Positions 36,293 to 43,855 of a stretch of 64,000 bases of DNA are shown here, in pieces (within the stretch, counting starts at the first letter, position 1; every line of letters starts with the position of its first letter). Where the stretch lies: contig JBFWUW010000037.1 of NCBI GenBank assembly GCA_050247075.1, positions 1 through 64,000 on the forward strand. Reading direction: 5' to 3'. Made by a program: the position numbers and the translations under genes. The stretch is from Pirellulales bacterium. GTDB taxonomy: Bacteria > Planctomycetota > Planctomycetia > Pirellulales > JBFWUW01. The notes beneath the pieces were generated by a model. That model searched no databases, was not told the origin of the DNA, and saw only the letters and a list, made by a program, of their open reading frames with translations.

Positions 36293-36880
36293 ATGTCTGT
36301 CGTCGAGAAGTCCTTTATCACGCCACAAGAGTACCTGGCGCGCGAACGCGCGGCGGCGTTTCGCAGCGAGTATTATCGCGGCGAAATGTTTGCCATGTCG
36401 GGTGCCAGTTGGGAGCACGCGCTCATCAAGGACAACCTGGCCCGCATCTTGGGCAATGAACTGGCTGGCGGGCCATGCCGGGCTGTTACCAGTGATCTGC
36501 GTGTGAAAGTTGACGAGAGCGGCCTCTATACGTATCCCGATTTGTTGGTTGTGTGCGGAGAACCGCGGTTCGAAGACAACGTGTTTGATACGCTGCTCAA
36601 CCCTCGTATCTTGATCGAAGTCCTTTCCGATTCGACCGAGAAATATGATCGTGGTGAGAAGTTTGCCCAATACCGGCGGATTGAATCGCTACAAGAGTAC
36701 GTGATGCTCTCGCAGACTCAGCCGCTGGCCGAGCGATTCGTACGGCAGCCGGATGGCTCCTGGCTGATGACCGCCGTTCCGGGGCTGGACCAGGCGTTCA
36801 CGTTCGGTACCATTGCCGTCACCGCTTTCTTGGCGGAAATTTATGCCGGCGTCCGATTTGCCGAAAGGCCGGCACGGTAG
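36293..36880 (+). CDS. Uma2 family (DUF820) PD-(D/E)XK endonuclease-like protein
   Basis: PQEYLARERAAAFRSEYYRGEMFAMSGASWEHALIKDNLARILGNEL...YPDLLVVCGEP is the Uma2 signature. SD GGAGG upstream. Confidence 0.8.
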   Translation: MSVVEKSFITPQEYLARERAAAFRSEYYRGEMFAMSGASWEHALIKDNLARILGNELAGGPCRAVTSDLRVKVDESGLYTYPDLLVVCGEPRFEDNVFDTLLNPRILIEVLSDSTEKYDRGEKFAQYRRIESLQEYVMLSQTQPLAERFVRQPDGSWLMTAVPGLDQAFTFGTIAVTAFLAEIYAGVRFAERPAR

Positions 36881-37047
36881 CCGCTTCGTCGCCGGTTTCC
36901 CTCCGGCGGACGATATTCTCTTCGGCCCGCAATTTCTTTTTTTGGCACCTTTGCGGACGGGCCTGTTTGCGTGACAATGGCCCGGTTCTTGAACCGCATT
37001 CTCCCGCCAGTCCCGACTTTGTTTGCTTCAACGAAGGAAACCCGTCC

Positions 37048-37962
37048 ATGCCCCGCTTTCCGCTTGGCATTATGTCAACCTGCGTCGTCCCCTGGGACGA
37101 GCAAGGTGAGATGATGGAGGACCTCTTCCGCCATCAGGTCCGCGAGAGCGTTCGCGGCACCAAGAACTTGTACGTCTTCGGCACGGCCTGCGAGGGCTAC
37201 GCCGTCACCGACCGGCAGTTCGACCGCGTGACAACGGTGTTTAGTGACGAAATGCGCAAGTGCGGCGCCGAGCCGATGATTGGCGTGATCGGCCTATCAC
37301 TGCTAACAATCATCGAACGCATCGCCCGCTGCCGCGAGGCGGGCGTGAAGTTGTTTCAGATCTCGCTGCCGTCGTGGGGCGCGCTGGCCGAGAGCGAGGT
37401 CTTCACGTTCTTTCGCGAGGTCTGCGGCCGTTTCCGCGACTGCCGCTTTTTGCACTACAACCTGATGCGGACCAAACGGCTGGTGACGGGGGCGGAATAT
37501 GCCCGGTTGGCGGCCGAACATCCCAACCTGGTGGCAACCAAGAACAGCACCGACAGCATCACACGCGTGCATGACCTGATGAAGCAGGCTCCCGATCTAA
37601 CGCACTTTTTAGACGAAAGCGGCTACACCTACGCCAGCCAGATCGGCGAGTGCGGGCTGCTGGCCAGCGTGCCGGTCATCAACTGGAAGTTCTGCCAGGA
37701 GTTTTTCGACGCTGGCCAACAGCGCGATACCAAACGCATGCTGGAACTGTACCAGGAAGTCTGCGACATTACCGGCGGGCTGATGCAATCGGTCAACCAC
37801 GCCTCCTTCATCGACGGCGCGTACGACAAGATGCTGTGGAAGTTCACCGACCGCCGCTTCCCGCTCCGTCTGCTTCCGCCCTACGAATACGCCAGCGAAG
37901 AGTCGTTCGGAAAGTTCGTATCGTTCGTCGAGAAGAACTACCCGCACTGGGCGGGAAAGTAG
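37048..37962 (+). CDS. DapA/NAL family class I aldolase-like protein (dihydrodipicolinate synthase / N-acetylneuraminate lyase family), divergent
   Basis: LYVFGTACEGYAVT (GTxGE-like), ..YNLMRT.., PNLVATKNST (PNIVGIKE-like). ATG 37048 is preceded by GAAGGAAA. Confidence 0.55.
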   Translation: MPRFPLGIMSTCVVPWDEQGEMMEDLFRHQVRESVRGTKNLYVFGTACEGYAVTDRQFDRVTTVFSDEMRKCGAEPMIGVIGLSLLTIIERIARCREAGVKLFQISLPSWGALAESEVFTFFREVCGRFRDCRFLHYNLMRTKRLVTGAEYARLAAEHPNLVATKNSTDSITRVHDLMKQAPDLTHFLDESGYTYASQIGECGLLASVPVINWKFCQEFFDAGQQRDTKRMLELYQEVCDITGGLMQSVNHASFIDGAYDKMLWKFTDRRFPLRLLPPYEYASEESFGKFVSFVEKNYPHWAGK

Positions 37963-37998
37963 TTTTCGGTTTTCATCCCTCATACCTCATACCTCCCA

Positions 37999-39033
37999 AT
38001 GTCCACTCTCCGCATCGGCCTCATCGGTTCCGGCTATATGGGCCGCAGCTACGCTGAGTGCATCAAGAAATATACGACGGGCGGCCAACTCGCGGCCATT
38101 ACAGGCGGCAGCCGCGGGCCCAAGTTGGCGGCCGACTATGAGGTGCCGCTGGTCGAAAGCGTGCCGGCGCTGCTGGCTCGCGACGATGTAGACGCCGTGC
38201 TGGTGGCGACACCGCACAGTGTCCACTTGGAGCAAGTCACCTTGGCTGCCGCCGCCGGCAAGCATGTGCTGGTCGAAAAGCCGATGGCACTTAACCGGAG
38301 AGAGTGCGACCAGATGATCGCCGCTTGCCAAAAGAGCGGGGCGACATTGTCGGTCATTCAGACTTGCCGTTTCCGCGGCACCGTGGCCCGCGCCAAGAAA
38401 ATGGTCGATGAAGGCCGTATCGGCAAGGTCCGCATGATCCAACTGCGGACCCTGTTTGAATGGGTGCCGATCAAGGGGCAAAGCTGGTCCGAGCAAGAAT
38501 GGGAAGGAGGCCTAATCCTCGACCAAGGGGCGCACAATTTTGACTTCATGCGGTGGTTTGCCGGCAGCGAGGCGGCCTGGGCCTTTGGCCGCGTCAAGAA
38601 CTACAGCGGTTCGACTTATCCGGCACCGACCGGCATGGCCCAAGTGGAGTTTGCCAACGGTGTCTCCGCCCAAACCTGGATGTCGTTTGAATTGCCCAAG
38701 CCGGGGATCGAGCGGACCCAATTTCGCGGGCTGATCGTCGGCGAGACGGGCATGTTGGATGTCGATGGCTATGGCCAGCTGCACGCCGCGCTGGACGGCA
38801 AGCCCTGGGAGATGGTGTGGGAGCAGCCAGCCATTGACTACGTTAACAAACCGCTGGCCCCAGAACGGCTGGAAGCGTTCTATACGCAAGTTCAAGATTT
38901 TATCGACGCCGTACGAAACAAGCGTAGGCCCGCCGTGACGGGTGAGGACGGCCGGGCCGCCATCGAACTGATCGACGCCGTGCGGCAGTCTAACGTGTCG
39001 GGCCAGGCTGTTTCCTTGCCGTTGGGAAAGTGA
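37999..39033 (+). CDS. Gfo/Idh/MocA family oxidoreductase
   Basis: IGLIGSGYMGRSYAE Rossmann motif and LVEKPMALNRREC (EKP). 344 aa. Confidence 0.85.
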   Translation: MSTLRIGLIGSGYMGRSYAECIKKYTTGGQLAAITGGSRGPKLAADYEVPLVESVPALLARDDVDAVLVATPHSVHLEQVTLAAAAGKHVLVEKPMALNRRECDQMIAACQKSGATLSVIQTCRFRGTVARAKKMVDEGRIGKVRMIQLRTLFEWVPIKGQSWSEQEWEGGLILDQGAHNFDFMRWFAGSEAAWAFGRVKNYSGSTYPAPTGMAQVEFANGVSAQTWMSFELPKPGIERTQFRGLIVGETGMLDVDGYGQLHAALDGKPWEMVWEQPAIDYVNKPLAPERLEAFYTQVQDFIDAVRNKRRPAVTGEDGRAAIELIDAVRQSNVSGQAVSLPLGK

Positions 39034-39043
39034 GCATCGTTCC

Positions 39044-40165
39044 ATGAAAATCACTTCCGTCAGCACGCACGCCCTGCGCTACCCGCTGCCCAAGACCTAT
39101 GGCGGATCGCACTACGACTACAGCCAGCGCGACTTTTTGCTGGTCAAGGTGACGGCCGACAACGGACTGGTTGGCTGGGGCGAGACGGCCCTGTTCGGCG
39201 GCGTCCGCAGTTTGATCGATGGCACGCTGGGACCGGCCGTGATCGGCCAAGATCCGCGGCGACATCGCCACCTGTGGCAAAAAATGTGGGGCTGGAATTT
39301 TGGCAACGGCATGGCTGTTGGCGGGTTGGACATTGCCCTGGAGGACTTGCGCGGCAAGGCCACCGGCATGTCGCTTTCCGACCTGCATGGGGGGCGCGTC
39401 CGCGACCGCGTGCCGGTCTATGCTTCTTCGCTGAACTACACCCAAGGCATCGACCCGCTGCAATCGTATCCGGCCGACGCCAAGGAACTTGTCGCCCGCG
39501 GTTTCAAGGCCATGAAGCTGCGGATTGGCCGGCAGCCGTTTCGGCAAGACATGAATATGGTAGCGGCGGTGCGACAGGCGGTCGGTCCCAATGTGATGCT
39601 GCTGGCCGATGGCAACGCCGGGTACACGCTGGCTTCGGCCGTGCAAGTCGGCAAAGAGCTTGAGCGGCAGGGCCTGTACTGGTTTGAGGAGCCGTTGCCC
39701 GAGGCCAACTACGCCGGTTACGAAGCGCTCCGCGAAAAGCTCGATATCGCCCTGGCTGGCGGCGAGGTACTCAACGGCCGAGGCGACGCCCGCGAGATCA
39801 TCGCCCGCCGGGCCATCGACATTATCCAGCCCGATGTCACCCTTTGCGGCGGCTTCGCCGAGTGCCTGTTCATCGCCGAAATGGCCGCGCTGTGGGGCAT
39901 CACCTGCAACCCGCATTGCTACGGCGGGCCGATTGCCGCGGTTGCCACGCTGCATTTGCTTTCCCTGCTGCCAGAACCCAACCTAAGCTACACGCCGGAA
40001 GTCCCCATGTTGGAGTTGGATGTTTCTCCCAGTCCGCTGATGGAGCGGCTGGTGCGGCAACCACTCAGTCTGGCCGACGGCCAAATGCCGGTGCCCACCG
40101 GGCCGGGACTGGGCATTGAGATTGATGAGGATGTGTTGCGTGAGTTTGAGGTAGTGAATAACTGA
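39044..40165 (+). CDS. enolase-superfamily enzyme, mandelate racemase/muconate lactonizing enzyme family (sugar-acid dehydratase-like)
   Basis: N-terminal capping domain plus TIM barrel with KLRIG, LLADGNAGYT, FEEPL and IIQPDVTLCGG metal-ligand blocks. 373 aa. Confidence 0.85.
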   Translation: MKITSVSTHALRYPLPKTYGGSHYDYSQRDFLLVKVTADNGLVGWGETALFGGVRSLIDGTLGPAVIGQDPRRHRHLWQKMWGWNFGNGMAVGGLDIALEDLRGKATGMSLSDLHGGRVRDRVPVYASSLNYTQGIDPLQSYPADAKELVARGFKAMKLRIGRQPFRQDMNMVAAVRQAVGPNVMLLADGNAGYTLASAVQVGKELERQGLYWFEEPLPEANYAGYEALREKLDIALAGGEVLNGRGDAREIIARRAIDIIQPDVTLCGGFAECLFIAEMAALWGITCNPHCYGGPIAAVATLHLLSLLPEPNLSYTPEVPMLELDVSPSPLMERLVRQPLSLADGQMPVPTGPGLGIEIDEDVLREFEVVNN

Positions 40166-40182
40166 TTCACGGGATCAACCGC

Positions 40183-41079
40183 ATGAAGACGGAAGGTTGC
40201 TGGCCGGCGTTGCTGACTCCGCTGGATGCTGATGGAGAGCCTTGCCCCGCCGCCATAGAGCGGTTGGTAGAGCTCTTCGTGCGGCAAAACCTGGGCGGGC
40301 TGTACATCATCGGCTCAACTGGCCAGTGGCCGCTGTTGCGCCTCGATCAGCGGCGCACTGTGGCCGAGCGCGTGGTGCAAGCATCGGCCGGCCGTATCCC
40401 GGTGATGGTCCATGTCGGCGCGATTGCCACGGACGACGCCGTGGCCCTGGCCGAACATGCCGCGCAGATCGGGGCCGATGCCGTCTCCTGCGTGGCACCG
40501 GTCTACTATCCCACCACGGCTGACATGACGTTCGAACACTATCGCCGCATCGGCGCGGCATCGCGGCTGCCACTGTACGTCTACCATCTCTCGATTGTCA
40601 ATCAATCCTCGCTCGATCCCCAGGATTACGTCCAGCGACTGCTGGCCCTGCCAAACATCGCCGGCATGAAGATCACCGACGGCGATATGTACCAGTTTGG
40701 GTTGCTCCATTCTTACGCCGGCAACCAGCTCAAACTATTCAGCGGCGCGGACGAGGTGCTGTGCCACGCCGCCCTCAGCGGTGCCTGTGGCGCGATCGGC
40801 ACGTTTTATAACGTGTGGGGACCGGCTTGCCAGGCAGCAAGGCAGCGGTTCGTGACGGGGGACGTGGCGCTGGGCTACCGGTTCATGCTGGCCTTTCAAC
40901 GGGCGATTTCCGAGATTATTCGCTCGAAGTCGATTTGGACATTTTTGCGGGCCGCCATGCAGCGGCGTTACCAAATCGACATTGGCCGCCCCCGCGGACC
41001 GCTAGGCTCTATGGATAAGCCGTGGGCTGATGCCGATGTCGATCGCTTGCTGGCTTCGGTGGACCAGGCGGCGTTGTAA
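40183..41079 (+). CDS. DapA/NAL family lyase (dihydrodipicolinate synthase / N-acetylneuraminate lyase family)
   Basis: LLTPLDADGE, YIIGSTGQW (GTTGE-like), PVMVHVGA, APVYYP, LYVYHLS and PNIAGMKITDGD match DapA family blocks. Confidence 0.8.
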   Translation: MKTEGCWPALLTPLDADGEPCPAAIERLVELFVRQNLGGLYIIGSTGQWPLLRLDQRRTVAERVVQASAGRIPVMVHVGAIATDDAVALAEHAAQIGADAVSCVAPVYYPTTADMTFEHYRRIGAASRLPLYVYHLSIVNQSSLDPQDYVQRLLALPNIAGMKITDGDMYQFGLLHSYAGNQLKLFSGADEVLCHAALSGACGAIGTFYNVWGPACQAARQRFVTGDVALGYRFMLAFQRAISEIIRSKSIWTFLRAAMQRRYQIDIGRPRGPLGSMDKPWADADVDRLLASVDQAAL

Positions 41080-41100
41080 ACAAGAACTCCAGGAACCCCC

Positions 41101-41889
41101 ATGCACACCAGTAAAATCAAAGCCAAGCTGGCTCAAAACAAACCCGCGTTGATCTCTGCTTTGCATCTGACCGACCCGTCGGTCTACGAGATGGCCAGCT
41201 TGCTGGGGATTGACGGCATCTGGATGGACCTGGAGCATCACGGCTACTCGGTAGAGACGGCCGGGCAGCTCATGCGCGCCGCGCGCGTGGGGGGGGCTGA
41301 TATCATGGCCCGTCCGGCCAAAGGAGAGTTCATGCGGCTGGGACGCCTGTTTGAGGCGGGGGCGACCGGCGTCCTCTACCCGCGCTGCGACAATGCCGCC
41401 GAGGCGGCCGAAGTCGTCAAATGGTCAAAGTTTGCCCCGCTGGGCCGCCGCGGCTTTGACGGCGGCAACCCCGACATGCCGTACTGCACCATGTCGATCC
41501 CCGACTATATCGCCGCCGCCAACCGCGAGACCTTTGTGGCGATACAGATTGAAGACCCCGACGCCTTGGATTGTGTCGAGGCCATCGCGGCGGTGGAAGG
41601 GGTCGATGTGTTGTTCTTTGGCCCGTCCGACTTCTCCATCATCAGCGGCATACCGGGCCAGTTCGACCATCCCACGCTGCAAGCCGCCATGAAGCGTATC
41701 GCCGCGGCCGCCAAGAAGGCCGGCATTCATTGGGGCATGCCCGTCGCCAGCGTCACCCACGCCCAGGAACTGTTGGAGCTTGGTGCCCGCTTCATCTGCC
41801 ACGGCTGCGATATCGTCATGGTCAAAGCCGGTTTGGAAGCCATCCAGCGGCAGTTTGCACCGCTGGGGTTCAGTTTTGAGAAAGGATGA
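41101..41889 (+). CDS. HpcH/HpaI family aldolase (2-keto-3-deoxy-sugar-acid aldolase-like)
   Basis: ISALHLTDPSVYEMASLLGIDGIWMDLEHHGYSVETAGQLMRAARVGGADIMARP is the HpcH/HpaI/citrate-lyase beta signature. 262 aa. Confidence 0.8.
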   Translation: MHTSKIKAKLAQNKPALISALHLTDPSVYEMASLLGIDGIWMDLEHHGYSVETAGQLMRAARVGGADIMARPAKGEFMRLGRLFEAGATGVLYPRCDNAAEAAEVVKWSKFAPLGRRGFDGGNPDMPYCTMSIPDYIAAANRETFVAIQIEDPDALDCVEAIAAVEGVDVLFFGPSDFSIISGIPGQFDHPTLQAAMKRIAAAAKKAGIHWGMPVASVTHAQELLELGARFICHGCDIVMVKAGLEAIQRQFAPLGFSFEKG

Positions 41890-42008
41890 AGGCGAAAGGC
41901 GAAAGGATGAAGTCTGATAGCCGACGGCTGACTGCTTCTCCGCTGACAGCCTTTTCCTTTTCAGTTGGCCAAGTCAGGCCGACGGGAATGCCCTGTCGTG
42001 AAGCGCGG

Positions 42009-43172
42009 CTACTTGGCTAACTCGACGATGCGCAAATTGCGAAACGACAAATTGGTGGTTGGATCGTGTCCTTGTATCGACAGTGTGCCAGCTTCCACCC
42101 GCAGCCCCTTGCGAGGGTTCGCGTCGGGTTTGCGGGTGTCGGTCCAGTCACTCACCGGAAAGCCGTTCACCCATCCGGCCATGTGCGGACCGTCGGCGAC
42201 CAGCGTCATGGCGAACCACTCGTGGTCGTTTGAGACGACCCGCCGCGCATCTTGTCGTCGATAGAACCCGCCGGTTCCGCAATCGAGCGGTTTGTTGCGG
42301 TCGCCGTCCTTGTAGCCATTTTGAATTTGAAACTCGTAACCCAGCTTGAAGTCGCCAGGAATCGAGCGAAAGAAAATTCCTGAGTTGAGATGTTCGCCAT
42401 GTGAGATGGCTTCAAGTTGCAAGACAAAATCGCCGTAACTCTCCTCGCTCTCCAGCTGGCCATCGCCGTTTTCCACATGCAGATATCCCTCGGATGTGAC
42501 CGAGTAGACACTGGCCTTGCCGGCCAGCTCCTTCCAGCCCGACAAGTCCTTGCCGTTAAAGATGCTCCGCAGCCCCAAAGGCTTGAGCTTAATGTTACGG
42601 AACTCGACCGGCCCGGCATTGTATTGCAGGCCAATATGCCCGCGGGCCAACGGGTGGGGATCGGTGTAGTCCAAGACGGTCTCGCCATCTAGCTTGACGG
42701 TGATTTGCGCCCCCTGGGCAGCAACTTCGTAGGAGTGCCATTGCGTCAGATCGTGCTGGCCGCCCGACCTTTGCCGTCCGACAAAACTGCCGGTGGGAAA
42801 AGGGCTAATGGCCGGCGCGGCAATGTTTAGCTCGTAGCAGTCCTTTGCCGGGTCGGTGGGTATCGGCGGAGTCCGCAAGAAGATACCACTGTTGGTTTCG
42901 GCCGATGCGCGAAAGTCGGCCTTAAAGACGTAATCGGCGAACTGGCTAGTGGTGTTGAGCAGCCCCTTGGTTCCTTCGCTGACGGTGATCGCGCCGTCGG
43001 CCACGTTCCAATTGGCATCGGTGGCGGCCTTCCAACCAAACGTGCTCTCGCCGTCGAATAGCAAAATCCAACCCTTGGCCATCTCGTCCGGCGTTAGCGT
43101 ATTTGGTTCCGCGGAAAACCCGCTAGCCGCCACTGAACCCAACACGGCACATATTAAAAACCGCTGCAACAT
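42009..43172 (-). CDS. secreted protein with two DUF1080 (3-keto-disaccharide hydrolase / LamG-like jellyroll) domains
   Basis: Internal start MLQRFLICAVLGSVAASGFSAEP (signal peptide). GWILLFDGESTFGWK...FADYVFKADFR is repeated as GWKELAGKASVY...YGDFVLQLE. Confidence 0.7.
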   Translation of the reverse strand: MLQRFLICAVLGSVAASGFSAEPNTLTPDEMAKGWILLFDGESTFGWKAATDANWNVADGAITVSEGTKGLLNTTSQFADYVFKADFRASAETNSGIFLRTPPIPTDPAKDCYELNIAAPAISPFPTGSFVGRQRSGGQHDLTQWHSYEVAAQGAQITVKLDGETVLDYTDPHPLARGHIGLQYNAGPVEFRNIKLKPLGLRSIFNGKDLSGWKELAGKASVYSVTSEGYLHVENGDGQLESEESYGDFVLQLEAISHGEHLNSGIFFRSIPGDFKLGYEFQIQNGYKDGDRNKPLDCGTGGFYRRQDARRVVSNDHEWFAMTLVADGPHMAGWVNGFPVSDWTDTRKPDANPRKGLRVEAGTLSIQGHDPTTNLSFRNLRIVELAK

Positions 43173-43202
43173 GCGAACCACCTGTGGTTGGTTGAACCTG
43201 AA

Positions 43203-43225
43203 TCGGCGTTGGAAACGCCTCCTAC
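43203..43225 (-). promoter_or_regulatory. copy of the GTAGGAGG + GGCGTTTCCAACGCC palindrome element, ~30-45 nt upstream of the DUF1080 gene start
   Basis: The minus strand reads gagttgtaggaggcgtttccaacgccgatt. The 15-bp palindrome is perfect here. Confidence 0.45.
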
Positions 43226-43231
43226 AACTCT

Positions 43232-43765
43232 TCATTCGACGCTCGTCACTCGACACTCGGCAGTTCCCCCCGGTTGCCATGTCGATCGGATCTCCAAGTA
43301 TACTTCCCCAATGAGGCCTCCGGGGAGTTGTTCGCGGCCATATCGGCTAGGGGCCGCCGCTCCAGGTTCCACCCGCGGTAGTTCGACCATAAAAACCAAT
43401 TCGTTGCGATCGGCTAGCAGCGGCGTGAGGTGGAACTCGGCTGGCGGGGGAAGAAAACCGGCCGTCCCCAGTGATTGGCCGTTGAGCGACACCAGGGCGG
43501 CGGGATCGACGCCGTTGATTTTCAGCCAGACTTGTTCGTGGTCTTCCAACCCGGTCGGCAAGTTGAAATGCCGGCGGAATCGCACGCGGCCGCGAAAATC
43601 GGTCCCTATCGCCGCGCCCCAATCGGCGGGCGGGCGGTACTCGGCGGCAGGTGGCAACTCGCCCGGTTCGGCCTCCACCCGACCGTCCGCGCGGCGCACC
43701 AATCTGGCCAGCGGCTCGCAGGCCCAAGGCCCACGCAAGCGAATACGGTGTGGATAGATCGGCAT
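43232..43765 (-). CDS. hypothetical protein (beta-sandwich, weakly GH2 N-terminal sugar-binding-domain-like)
   Basis: MPIYPHRIRLRGPWACEP...WLKINGVDPAALVSLNGQSLG. Coding-like codon bias. No firm family assignment. Confidence 0.35.
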   Translation of the reverse strand: MPIYPHRIRLRGPWACEPLARLVRRADGRVEAEPGELPPAAEYRPPADWGAAIGTDFRGRVRFRRHFNLPTGLEDHEQVWLKINGVDPAALVSLNGQSLGTAGFLPPPAEFHLTPLLADRNELVFMVELPRVEPGAAAPSRYGREQLPGGLIGEVYLEIRSTWQPGGTAECRVTSVE

Positions 43766-43855
43766 GGCGGGAGACTCGGCATGTGCCTCCTGGAAGTGAT
43801 AAATCAGGAAGCTAGGACGAGTGTAAGCCTTGCGAGCGCCCAACGCAATTTGCCG

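Noticed and set aside
41965-42264. Plus-strand 99-aa ORF and other small ORFs inside the DUF1080 gene
   Set aside because: Embedded antisense within a gene with duplicated DUF1080 motifs. No support.
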